A DNA stretch of 62,901 bases, counting the filler, from Craspedostauros australis (lineage: Eukaryota): assembly GCA_030167865.1 (NCBI GenBank). It is 9 parts of 9 records of this genome, joined end to end, with 100 filler letters (N's around TTAATTAATTAA, not from the genome) between each part and the next. Parts side by side here need not be neighbours in the genome. Positions count along the whole stretch, not along the records: positions 16,922 to 28,901 come from JALAGF010003826.1; positions 29,002 to 33,298 come from JALAGF010003827.1; 7 more parts are not named here. The stretch is one strand, 5' to 3'. The notes under the pieces are model-generated. The model had not been told where the DNA came from, did no database searches, and worked only from the letters and a program-made list of their open reading frames with translations. Positions 20,651-32,400 of the stretch are shown one piece after another. Both the position numbers and the translations under genes were made by a program. How positions within the stretch are numbered: position 1 is the first letter of the stretch; every line of letters begins with the position of its first letter.

Positions 20651-21494
20651 GTTGGATTGCGTCGAGTTGTTTTGCGATTTGTTTTGTGTGCTGTGGTGCG
20701 GTGCCATGTTCTCTGTGGTGGATGTGTGGGAACACACAGCACGGAACAAGGAACGAAATCGAAAAGGACAACATTGTCGCGACATGAGGAAAGACGCAAG
20801 AAAGGAAAGCAGAAGAGCGCGGACACGCGAAGGTGGCAAAAAACAACGACACGACACCTGTGCGCCGCGCAGAAGTGAGTTGTTGGGTGTAGCACCGTGT
20901 CTCGATTGATACTACCCCAGCGGGGGTTACTTGAAGACAGCATTGGTCGTATCAGTCTGATGCGGGGAAATGCTCGTGAACAAGTGCAAAAAAACAGCCT
21001 TTTTTTTTGAGCGACGACTATTTCCCCTGCTCCCAGCACCACCACATGTCAAATGTTCATGCGCGCATCCGCGCACATCGCACTCCACTGTCGTATTGGT
21101 AGTCGTACGACTACCACGTGCAATTCGAACGCACCTACTCTGCTACTGCATGTACTATTACAAGGTATCCAGCAGAGAGCGCGTACGTGACAATGATCTT
21201 GCGAGACGACTCAACATCATCGTCGAGCGGAGAGGGTTTGTTCTTCGCGTCGCTCATCATCGTGTTCGCCAACCCATCACATCACTTCGCACACGCCACG
21301 AGACCAAGCGAACAGAATTTCGCCTGTCTTGGTTGTTGTCCGGAAGAACTTTCGAAATCGTGGTGTGTTGAGAACTTGTTGACGTCACGAATGACATCAG
21401 TAGTTGTAGATTGAGTCCTCCCAGTCAACTATTTAGTCATGAACACACAGCCACGCAAAAGAGGCTAGTCTACAATCACTCTACTCTATCTAGC

Positions 21495-23099
21495 TTAGTT
21501 GTTCTCGGATTGAGAACTTGCGTCGTTCTCAATCCATTCTTTGTAATCCACAATCGAATCGCGCTCATCCGCGATGCCACGGTGAATCCCGAGCTTGACG
21601 CATGGAAAGGACAGCTTCTCATAGAGCTTTGCAATTCTGTCAAAATCGTATTGGAACTCAGATCTGCCGCCATCGTCGTCGAGGCCCTGTTCAACATCCG
21701 CCCTTTTCTGTTCTGCGTACGCTTGGTACTGTCGATCTTGTTCCGCGAATACGACATCGCACGCCCGATCTCTCATCTCGTGGCGTTTCTTGGCCCTGCT
21801 AGAGAAGATGTTCTCGGATCCACGCATGATGAGTCCTCTGGAAAGGTCGTCGATGTACTTGTTCTGCTTCAGTTGCTGCGCCATGATGCTGCGTTGCTGT
21901 CGCATGGCGCGCATCTCTTTGCCGTTGTACCACATGTCGGTACGTTGCTGCGCCGTGTAGGTGGAAAGGGGTGGAATCTTGCGAACGCGCACATGCGACC
22001 CGAACGAAACCCTCACCTGTTGCTTCGTTGTGCTTACCATCGACGCTTCCGACGCGGAGGCGTCGTCTGATGACACCGTTTGGTCAGCGGTGGTATCATC
22101 GCTGCCCACATCGGAACTGCAGCAGGAGGAATGGTCGGATGTTTCATCAACAGATTTGTCTTCATCCCGCTCCTCGTTGGCTCTTCTCGATGGCAAGCGT
22201 CGCCTCGATCGGGTGCGATTCGGACTCAATCTCGGCTTTCTCGCTCTCCTCACCTGTCGCGGCTTCGATCGTGTGGTCACTTGTTGGCCTTCCCCCGTCT
22301 CTTCCGACTGTTGCTTTGATTGTTGCCGACGATGATGCGCGTAGTCGGCATCTTGCGCATCTTTGCGTCCCATGTAGTGGGCAGACTGTCTGGCGCCGTC
22401 GCTGAACTTACGGCTGGCATCCGCGAGAGCTGTGGCGTCACGCTTTGTACGTTCCTGCAGGTGCATGCTTTGCTCGTTGAGAACTGCGTCGATACAATCC
22501 TTCCGCTGCTTTCTGGTCTCCATCTCACGCCGACGGCCGAAGGACTCCAAGCCCCGAGGCGCGGCATGGTTGCTGCGGCGATCGTTGGTGTCATGTGCAC
22601 CGCTCTGCTTCTGCTTCGACTTTGTTGCCAGAGTTCGTGCTTCGTGGTGTTTGGTCGGATTCATGTTGGTGATCTCCTTGACGCAATCTCCATGGATGCG
22701 CTTCAGCTCTGTTGCTGTGTACCAAAGCTCCGCCATCCTGGCATCCCTGCTGCTCTCACCATCGTCGTCGTCATCGGGATGATCATGCCTGATGGTCGCA
22801 TCGAAGTTGAAGCCAACGACTCTCACGTCTTCACCATCCAGCGAGATGGAAGCGCGCACTGCCTGCGGAATCGTCACATGCTTCGCATCCAGTGGATGGG
22901 TGATGGTCTTGTGGTCGATCATGACAGAGTTTGGTGATTTGGAGTGCAGGGCGGGGCATGGGGGAGGCATCGCCACACCACCGGCAGAAGGAGCTGATGG
23001 CGTTGGCGACTGCAATCCGTCGCATTGCTGGAGCATGGAGAGCGCCTCTCTTTCATTCGATGGCTGGCTGCGTTCACTCATCTTGTCCTCGTGATGCAT
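21495..23099 (-). CDS. Diatom-type RVxF...WY...RGL protein with two modules
   Basis: Module 1 VRVVGFNFDATIRH..ELWYTATELKRI..PRGLES. Module 2 VRVSFGSHVRVRKIPP..DMWYNGKEMRAM..SRGL. First in-frame ATG at 23099 (alternative 23081). Confidence 0.75.
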   Translation of the reverse strand: MHHEDKMSERSQPSNEREALSMLQQCDGLQSPTPSAPSAGGVAMPPPCPALHSKSPNSVMIDHKTITHPLDAKHVTIPQAVRASISLDGEDVRVVGFNFDATIRHDHPDDDDDGESSRDARMAELWYTATELKRIHGDCVKEITNMNPTKHHEARTLATKSKQKQSGAHDTNDRRSNHAAPRGLESFGRRREMETRKQRKDCIDAVLNEQSMHLQERTKRDATALADASRKFSDGARQSAHYMGRKDAQDADYAHHRRQQSKQQSEETGEGQQVTTRSKPRQVRRARKPRLSPNRTRSRRRLPSRRANEERDEDKSVDETSDHSSCCSSDVGSDDTTADQTVSSDDASASEASMVSTTKQQVRVSFGSHVRVRKIPPLSTYTAQQRTDMWYNGKEMRAMRQQRSIMAQQLKQNKYIDDLSRGLIMRGSENIFSSRAKKRHEMRDRACDVVFAEQDRQYQAYAEQKRADVEQGLDDDGGRSEFQYDFDRIAKLYEKLSFPCVKLGIHRGIADERDSIVDYKEWIENDASSQSENN

Positions 23100-24269
23100 G
23101 TGGTATGAACAGCGCTGTTGACAATGGTCTTCGTCTCTCTGATCAATGCTGTTGCAACGATAAATTGTGGACTGTGGTAAGAAAGTATGGCAGAGCAAGT
23201 GTATGACATGTGCTCGTATGGCAGAGAGCAGTTGGAAGAGTATTGTGCGAGGCCGTGGAACTTCGTCAGACGGACTTGACCAAGAGATGATGGACGGATC
23301 GATCACGCAACTCGCTTCGACGCGACGATGAAATCAATCACGCGCAACGCACCAACTAACCGATCAAGCAACGCAGGAACCAACCAGCCACCAGCCGACA
23401 CTATTGAGTCTCCGCACCAGGTGCTCTTTTGGGCGCTTTTTGGGATGCAATACAATCACATCCCACCCGCGAATTCCGCACAAAGAATCGGCGGGTGCTT
23501 GCATTGCCGCTGATGGTGTCGGCGTTGCATTGCGATGATGTTGCCTTGCGAAAAGTGATTGTGTTGTGCTCGCACGCGGGATTGTTTATGTGGTGTCAGT
23601 GGAATGGTTTTGTTGTCATTGGTGCGAAGCGGGCACATATTTTGTTCCCGATGACAAATCAACCGTTCTTGAATTATGTGTGTTCGGGATACGGTGTTCG
23701 GTCCTGTCGTCGTGAAAACGTTAAACACATGTCCATCGAGGTACCAGGTGTTGTCATTTGGTCGTATCGCGGAGGAATCATGATGCCGTGTTCTCAATGA
23801 TACACACGATCCAGTTTGTTCTTCCAATCGCGAGAGCGCCAAACGCCGAAGTTCGCCTCATGGAAGGTCCGACCAGTCGAAAGCAACAATGGAAATCTGA
23901 AATCCTGTGAGTCGTTTTTTTCACCGACAGACAGACAGACAGACAGACTGATGGATGGAGAACAACGATCTTCGACGAAAGGACAAACACAGACGGCAAG
24001 ATCGAAACGCAGCGAAAAGGAGGCGACGATGGCGACGGTGAGATCTTTCGCCGCTCTTCAGCTTGACCTGCATCGCACTCCGGATAGATCCAGCGACGGC
24101 ACTCCTTGGCAGACTAACAGGCCTCTCCAGAGCGAGCGACTGTCAAGGAATAGACACACAGGTACATACGCACTCGTACCAAAACTCTACCATCCTCCGC
24201 AACAACACACACGGTGTGATACCAACACGAACAAGGCGACAACAAGCAAGCGCAGAAGGAGATCTCAAG

Positions 24270-26627
24270 ATGGCATCGGATGGGCAGGCCGAAGCTGAGA
24301 CAACGGAGCTCGAACCGAAGCACTTCGACATCCGCTTCCATGCTTGGTTGGATGTGGCGCAGAACACCCACGGCGTGCGCCATGACGACTACCGACAGTA
24401 CCACGGATACTGCACGAGGCGCCTGGCAAGGTTGAGGCATTCCGACAAATCGGCCAAACGCTTCATGATCCACTCCGCCAAATACCAGGGCAAACCGGCG
24501 ACTGGCGCGGCGGATGGCGGCAAGTCGAAGAACAGCGGCAAGTCCAAATCCGGTCAGCAACGCAACATGCACGCCTACTGCTCCATCAGCCAACAACACG
24601 CGGAAGAAATCCACAGCAAGCCGCTGCAACAGGATGTGCTGCTGTGGATCTCGTTCGTGCAGGCAGAGCGCGCGTGGGCCCAGGCCTGCGAACTCAAGCA
24701 GCAGCATCCCAATCCGACCGCGAAGCAGCGATCGCATGTCGTGCGTCGTCTCAAGAAGGCGCAATCGTATGCGCAGGAGCTGCACGGTCTGGCAACGAGC
24801 CAGGAGGGCAACGTGACGGCATTGACGTTGCTCGAAATCCAGGCCTACGTCAGCTGGATCAAGGCGACCTTCGCGCTTGAAAGGACGCAATACAAAGTGA
24901 GTTTGTTCTATTCCATTCCATTGTGTGCTGTTCTGTGCTGTGTCGTGTTAGTCCTCTGGCGTTTGTTGCTGCATGGATGGATGGCATCGGCCGCATTGAC
25001 TGTCATCACGGAGTTGATTTGGCTTGATCTGGATGGTTACCTATCGGTTCCTTTCGATTCATGCAAAGTCATGCATAGTGATGCTCACCCCTCCCGATTC
25101 ATGCCTTCGCTCCTACTGCTCTTTCATTTCCCACGATCTCATGTCTTCACCGATGCTTCAAACGCTCTCATTGAATCATGCATCTTCCGATACCGCAACA
25201 TAATACAATGGAATGCGATGGCATGGCATGGCATGGTAAACTTGCAACGACAGGCAGCATGCGTCGAATATGCAAATGCCATGCGATTCTGCTTCGACCT
25301 GGCGCAACCAATCGAGAATGAGGCCAAAGAGAACAGCAACAACAGCGCGAGTGCTATCGATGAGAACCGCGCCTTCCTGGAAAGGAAGGAGTTCTTCATG
25401 AACCGCGCCGAGACCGTTCTCCGACCTCTCTTCAGATACTGCCAGTACGAGTGCAAAGAGAGCAGCGGCGAGGGTGACGACGCTGAGCTCCCGCAAGAAC
25501 CTGTGGCACCAGGATCGGAGCGGAGCGCGGCGACGGATGCTGATTCCAGCCTGGCCATCGATTTCCGTGGTCACACGCTCGTCGTGGATCACCACAAAGA
25601 CTTGCGTGTTGTCTTACTCAAGCTCTCCAGCTTGGATGCTGCGGGCATCTCATCGGACGTTGGCAAGTCGGCAGGTGATGACGGTGAGGCGAAAACAGAT
25701 GACTCTGCGAATGCCAAGGCATCCGCGACGGATGGCAAGCAGGAAGCCCAGTTCCTGTCGTTGCTCTCCGTTCTGGATGATGCCTTGACGTTGAGCCAGG
25801 CTCAAATCCAATCGCTGACGAGCGGCACGAACACCGCCAAATTGCAACAATGGAAGCTCTGGAAGTCGTACTTCGAGTACCAAAAAGTGCGTGCTGTATC
25901 GCAGCACACGAGCGGACTGCTCCAGACTGTCGACCGGACCGCCCATGCCGAACGCGCGCACATCTACCAATCCCTCTACCAGTACGCGAACTCCTTGCTG
26001 TCTCTCGAGCAGCACCCCGAAGATGGTGGCGACGAGGATGAGTTTGCATTGCAGGCGATGGCCAACTGCTACAGACTCCGTGCATTCAAAACGTACCACA
26101 TGGGAATGCATTACTACGAGCACCGGCAGCAGCATCCGCAGGCGTTGGCCCTGTTGCGTCATTCTCAACAACTGACCAAACGCGCCTTGGAAGAGATCGC
26201 GGCATGTGACGAGGATATGGAGAACTCTGAGAAGCACATGAACGAGTTGGAGACGTTGCTCGATGAGCAGCTGGCAGGTGGTGTTGCCGCGGTCGAATCC
26301 GCCCTGGCGATGAATGCTTTGCTCTCAGGCAGGACGTCATCGTCGTCATCTGGCGCTGCGAATTCTAACCGCTGCCTTCTGCAACGCCTCGCGGACATGG
26401 ATGCCGGGCCCATGCTGGTTGATGTTCCACCCATGACGCTGCCAATTCCATGTAAGGGTGTGTTCTACGATCTGGCCTACGACCATGCCACTCACTATTC
26501 GGACGCAGCCGACCATATCCAGCAGTATATCGATGCACATCTGGTTGAGGAATCGAGCAGACAGCAAGATGGAGCTTCGGCTGGTGGGTTCTTCTCTGGA
26601 TGGTTCGGCGGCAGCAGCAGTCAGTAG
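24270..26627 (+). CDS. SRP68: Signal recognition particle subunit SRP68; exons 24270-24896 and 25254-26627
   Basis: AQNTHGVRHDDYRQYHGYCTRRLARLR, AERAWAQACELK, RRLKKA, LEIQAY, LFRYCQYE, PIPCKGVFYDLA and terminal GFFSGWFG. GTGAGT..CAG intron at 24897-25253. Confidence 0.92.
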   Translation: MASDGQAEAETTELEPKHFDIRFHAWLDVAQNTHGVRHDDYRQYHGYCTRRLARLRHSDKSAKRFMIHSAKYQGKPATGAADGGKSKNSGKSKSGQQRNMHAYCSISQQHAEEIHSKPLQQDVLLWISFVQAERAWAQACELKQQHPNPTAKQRSHVVRRLKKAQSYAQELHGLATSQEGNVTALTLLEIQAYVSWIKATFALERTQYKVSLFYSIPLCAVLCCVVLVLWRLLLHGWMASAALTVITELIWLDLDGYLSVPFDSCKVMHSDAHPSRFMPSLLLLFHFPRSHVFTDASNALIESCIFRYRNIIQWNAMAWHGMVNLQRQAACVEYANAMRFCFDLAQPIENEAKENSNNSASAIDENRAFLERKEFFMNRAETVLRPLFRYCQYECKESSGEGDDAELPQEPVAPGSERSAATDADSSLAIDFRGHTLVVDHHKDLRVVLLKLSSLDAAGISSDVGKSAGDDGEAKTDDSANAKASATDGKQEAQFLSLLSVLDDALTLSQAQIQSLTSGTNTAKLQQWKLWKSYFEYQKVRAVSQHTSGLLQTVDRTAHAERAHIYQSLYQYANSLLSLEQHPEDGGDEDEFALQAMANCYRLRAFKTYHMGMHYYEHRQQHPQALALLRHSQQLTKRALEEIAACDEDMENSEKHMNELETLLDEQLAGGVAAVESALAMNALLSGRTSSSSSGAANSNRCLLQRLADMDAGPMLVDVPPMTLPIPCKGVFYDLAYDHATHYSDAADHIQQYIDAHLVEESSRQQDGASAGGFFSGWFGGSSSQ

Positions 26628-29409
26628 CTTCATCTTTTGCTATTTTCCATACGACACGCAATCCGACCTCGCCGCGCTTGCCACTACCTGCCATACCATG
26701 GACACCTGCGCATCTATAATGGCGTGCCCGTTTAATGCTCGATGGAGGCTTTGCGAATCATCTAAACTGCTCGCAGAACGCTTCACTGTTGAATGCATGC
26801 TCTTGCGTCACCCGCCTGTAATGCGGTACTCGTACTCGTACGCACGGTGCTATGCACAACATGCTGGAGGGGAGCTGCCCAGCCATGCATGTTGATAGCG
26901 CAAGTCTTTCTTCTCCTCGACGGCACTGCCTTCTCACGATAACAACAGCCCCATCTTCGCCACATGAGGTCGGCTTTGGAGGAGCCGGATAAGGAAATAG
27001 AGCACGAAAAGTTTGCCCGAGGCAGTCTCGTAGTTACAGAGCGCTCACACAGGCACAGGGGTACGTATCTGGAACCTGGTACTCGCAAGTCGAGGAGGAG
27101 GATTGGGATTGCCTGTTGGGGTCGCAGATACTCGCACTGCCTGGTGAAATTGGCGTGAACAGTGTTTGAGTATCCGGTTGCACTTCTGGATGTCCGGCAC
27201 AGCAGAATGTTGAAGAGCAGAACAGTCTCACGCCGACACCGGGGCTACTCAGCGAGCGCATGGGACTTCGTTAAGGCCGGAGCGTGATCCGAGCATGCAC
27301 AATGACGGATCATCGGAGATGGACAAGATGACATTGTTCTCATGTTTTCGATCTCAGATGCTGTGCTGCTCCCTGATGCCATTTGTTATGTGAAGGCAAC
27401 CACGATGATGGCAGATAGTTTCCTATAGTACAAGTACTCGGATGTACACGTATGTGTGGGCAGGAACTGTTGGATTCGTAGGAGCATCTTGATTGCAAAG
27501 GTGCCGCCGCTGGCCTTCGTCTCCATGACCACACCTCCAAGTTCAAGCAACCCGGAAGCCCAATGGGACCACTTGGCCCATACTTCGTGGGCGCTGTGGA
27601 GCACCTTCTTCGGAATGGAACGGCAAGACCAAATCCTTCGTCTCGTCACCAGCTTTGGACGTTTGCGCCTGTTTGTTTTTTGTTGTTAGCGTGAGGTTGG
27701 TTGATTCATGGCCAGGCCTGATGTCCCCCAAGGCTCCAGACAGTGCGCGACTGTTGTAAACCTTGGAGAGAGAGAGAGAGAGTGGAGGCAGTGCGACCAA
27801 CTCGGCCCTACTCTACTTGATTGAATGTTCTTATCAATTTGAAGCGTGTCCGCTCTCCTCCGGATCGCAACTGGAACGATTTCCAGCTTCTTGTGGGAAG
27901 GAAGGAAGGAAGGAAGGAAGGAAAGAAAGAAGAATGACAACCATTCAACAGACGAACCACGCCTTCGCAGATCCAAACATAAAAAGAGGACCTACGAGGT
28001 ATCACAAACAGCGCTCTGGCTTGTTTCGCTTGATTGCGACAAAGCACTTCACTTCACTTCACTTCGTGGGGAAAATGTCTTGGTGGAACAAAGAACACAG
28101 AATACTGACTACCGACTGTATCCAGGTACAAGCCACGGAGTACCGGAACCGCCTCCATCACAATGGTTTGCGTCATGGTGATCTCTTGGGCTGTGCCCGC
28201 CGTCTGCGCATGTCATTTCGTTTGTGGGCGCTTTGCACTTCGCAAACGACGCAATTCGATAGCTCGCCGACGTCCTCAAAGCTCTGATCGAAAGATTATC
28301 GCGAAGCCTGTATCGTGGTTGGTCGGAACACTGCGAAAATATTCGAGAATCGTACGGCAGCTCGCCATGGTATCCGGGTAGAGTGGGAGGCATGCACATG
28401 CTAGAATAGTTGAGATTGCATCATTGCATACTCTACATGCATAGTCGTGGCCCCTATGTGCTCCAGCGAGCCGATTTCGAAAAATCCCAACGGGCAGCTC
28501 AGCATGCGGACGTACCAGAATGACGAGATGCGAGAGCGTCTCTGCAAGGGCGGAGCATTTGTCGCCTGTTCACTTTGGGTGCTGCCGCCATCTCTGGGCC
28601 GATTGGCGAGAAGCCATGGTGCGAATTTGTGGAGCGCAACAGGACACATTCGACGAGTATGGCGCAAAAAAACAACACGATACTAGGAGCTACCATACAG
28701 GGAGTTGAGGGAAATTGGCATCCGTGACATATCTCCACCCGTGATTCGACATCTCAGAATCGGATCGAACAATCTCGAATGTTTCGTAACACAACACAAA
28801 TCAGCTGTCTCGATCTTACAAAACTGGTTGTTGTTGAGAACTACTACTACTACTGTTATGTTTGGTGTTGATGTTGGTGCAAGATGCGATTGTGCACTGT
28901 TNNNNNNNNNNNNNNNNNNNNNNNNNNNNNNNNNNNNNNNNNNNNTTAATTAATTAANNNNNNNNNNNNNNNNNNNNNNNNNNNNNNNNNNNNNNNNNNN
29001 NCACCATTTGATTTCATACTCGGCTGTTGTGTGAGAGCAAATAACTAGAGAGCAGAATACGATTGGACGATAGCATCCTTCTTTGGGGTATCCTCATCGT
29101 CGTGTGCTTGTACTGTTGCTGGTGTTGGTCCCGATACTCTTCGAATGCCACCCCACCTCGTCCCCAACTTGCACCCTTCCGAACTTCTCCTGCTTCGTCA
29201 TGGTGCCTGGTGCCATTCGTTCTCCTCCTCCAAATCTCGATCTGTATGGTGTTGTCCGTACGTAAACGTACTTTTGGAATGGAGTAGTGGTGTTCGCGCC
29301 CTTCTCCGCATCATCTGCCTCCTCCATCTCATTCTCACCTTCCACAAACCCCGCTCACGGTCATGCACTGGTACAGTGATACAGTGACACCCACAAAACT
29401 ATGATGGCT

Positions 29410-32400
29410 CTACAGCTTGCGAATCACCAACACCGTGTCACCGATCGTCACCTTGTCATTCAGGAACGCGCGGCTGGCCTTGCCCTCCCCAAGCAACACA
29501 TTACGCACAACCGTAGATCCTCCCTTTAGATCCAAAACCTTCACCGTTGTCAAGCGCTTCGTGGCATTCAGCTCCAGCCGGACATGGTTCTTCGCAACGC
29601 TCGCATCTTTGTGCAGCCTCACCTTCACCTCCGAAGGCTGCTGTTGCTGTTGTTGCTGCTGCTCTTGCTGTGGTACCTGCGGTTGCGCTTGTTGTTGTGC
29701 TCTGGTTCGTGTGCTGGTCCTTGTGCAGATCTGCGTCTGGACGAGGGAATCCTTCACGGATCCATCAGCAGATGCAGAAGGCAGAAAAGAAGCATTGGAG
29801 CCGATGGTGAGGCTGATGATGCCACCCTTCTGGAGTGTGAAGGTCTCACCTTCGTGTGGACCGCTGATGACGTCCAGCTGCACTCCTTGACGCTGTGCCT
29901 GTTTCTGCTGCGGTCGGTCTGATGTTGATGGAACGGACGCTGGTGAAGCCTCTTCATCCATATCACCAGAAGTGTCGTTCTTCCTGTCGTCGCCCTTTGC
30001 GTTGACCTTTGAATCATCGTGATCACCTTCGCTACCATCCACATCGATGATCTCCATATCAATATCATCTCCGTGGGCTTGCGACGATGGCCCTGACGGC
30101 ACCTGTGATACCACCTGTGATGCCACCTGTCCACCTGATCTGTGTGCTTTGCCTGTGGACTTCAACGACTGTCTCGGTATCGACTTCGACAATGGCTTCA
30201 CCTTGAACGTCGTGCTGCCAATGCGGAACGATTGATTCAGGAACACACGGCCAGTCTTGCCGATCTTCTGACTTTCCACAAAGATGCCACTCGTCGAGCT
30301 GAGATCAGTGAGAGTGACAGAAATGAGCTTCTTGGTGATGTTGAGCTGCAGCCGCACATGAGAGTCATCGAGATGACTGCCATGCGCGATGTGGTATGTG
30401 TGGTTGGCATGACTGGTGTGATTGCTTGGAGCTGCGGCTGCAGGTGTAAGTGTCGTCGGCTTGGATCCAACGATGATGGTGTCGGACACTCCTTCGATGA
30501 GATGAAACTGCTGTTGCTGTTGGTGGTGTTGCTGATGAAGGATGGGATCGTATGCGTACCCGTGGTCTACATGGACGGTGATGGTGACACCTGTACTTGT
30601 CTTGTTGCGTGTTGTGCTTGATCTGGGTTTGCGTTTCGTCATTGACGTGGCTTTGGCCGCGGTTGTGGTTGTGGCCTTGAGTTTGGAAGATGTCCGAGTG
30701 TCGATGGTGTTGCCAGCAGCAGGCTTGACGTTCTCTTCATCGAGGATGGGGTCCCATTCCATTGGATCATCGTACTGATCATCATCGCTGTCGCCGCCGT
30801 CGTTGTCATAATTGTCATCGTTGCTAGCATCACCGATGGTTTGACCCATCATGTGATCCATCGATCCTTCGGCGCAGGTCACGAACACGGTATCGTCCTG
30901 AGCATCATGAGTATCTTGTGTATTGATGTGGATGTACTGCTGTGTCTCCTCGTCTATGTCCTCTTGTGCATCTTCGTATTGGTCAGCATGCGCATCTTGT
31001 TGGGATGGTGGTGTCGGATGATCGTGGGCGGATGCATCGTCATCCACACCGATGACCTCCTGTGCATCTTCAAATGAATGCTCTTCATCGTCTTCATGAT
31101 CATGATCATCATCATCATCATCATCGCTGTCGTCGATGTTGATAGTATCGATGTATTGCTGATGCTGCTGTTGTTGCCTCTGCTGAAGCCTCTTCGATTG
31201 ACGTACCGGTTGTTGACGTCGTTGACTCTTGGTCGGTGATCCATCACGCTGCGCCAAGGATGAAGCAGGCGTAGCTGCAGCTGCTGCTACTTCTGACGCT
31301 TGCGAGGCTCGTGTTGCTCTTCTCTTGGTACCTGCTCGCTTGGCTGTAGCCGTGGCTGGAGCTGTGGCTGGAGCCGTGGCTGGCTCTTCTGCCGGTGCTC
31401 TAACTGCTTTGCTCGATCTGGTTGCTCTGCTTGCCCTGGTTGCCCTGGTCGTTCTTGTTGCCATCGATGCCATCGATTCCTTCGCTGTTGCAGATGGCTG
31501 CTTCGGTGTTGCCTTCTTTGACGACAAACCATCGTCATTAGCACCACCAATAGCACCACCACTAGTACGAGTACTACCATCACCATCAACCACCACCACA
31601 TCAAGATCGAGGAGCATCTCCACAAGACCATCATAGTCAGGCTCCTGCTTGTACGAATACCCTCTGATCTCATCAAGGAACTTGCGGAACGTGTCGCCCA
31701 CCTCAACCGGTCCAAGCATCTTGTAGAAGTCAGAATCGGGGTTGGTCACATGCGATTCCTTGATGTTGCCGATGTCTTCATCCGACTTTCCGTTGCTCCA
31801 TGGCAACGTGAGGGACATGTCCCCACCAGACGACAGCTGCATGATGAGCTCTGCGATGATGTACGCGAGTGCTTCCAGATCGTCCCTGCGACTCGGTGTC
31901 TGTCCTTGATGGACGTTGAGCGATGCGTAGAGTGGCGTGCCTGCCTTGATTCCGTCAGCGGTCTCGTTCGGTCTGTGCGAAGCAGAGAAGGTGGCCCTTG
32001 GTTGGACGAGGGCGAGATCGAGGATGCGGATGCGTTGAGCGAGAGCTGCTGCTGCAGTTGCTTTTGTTGATTTGGTTGCTTTTGTTGATTTCGAAGACTT
32101 TGCAGACTTGGTTGATTTGATCTTTGGGAATGCTGGTGAGGTAGTGGATGGAGCCAACATGAAGTTGTCGGTCTTGACATCGATGACGATGTGTCTGCAC
32201 TCGTGGATGGCTTGTATAGACTTGATCAGCTGTGCAGCAACTGGTCCGAATGGCACCACGCGGGAACCTCCGCTGTCACTCTTGGAGCTTCTGTTGCTCC
32301 TTGAGCTCTTTGAGCTCCTTGAGGTTTTGGTGGTGGCACTGTTGGATGGAGTGGCAAGTTCGAGGAGGAGCGGGACAATCATCTCGAGCGGGCTGTGCAT

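Noticed and set aside
20228..20909. His/Thr/Pro-rich and Cys/Val-rich ORFs, or a CRISPR-like array
   Set aside because: These are by-products of the decamer tandem repeat. There are no unique spacers or cas genes, and the DNA is eukaryotic.
26780..28900. Numerous 60-170 aa ORFs downstream of SRP68
   Set aside because: No recognisable domains, and the region is interrupted by (GA)n and (GGAA)n microsatellites; treated as intergenic or decayed sequence.
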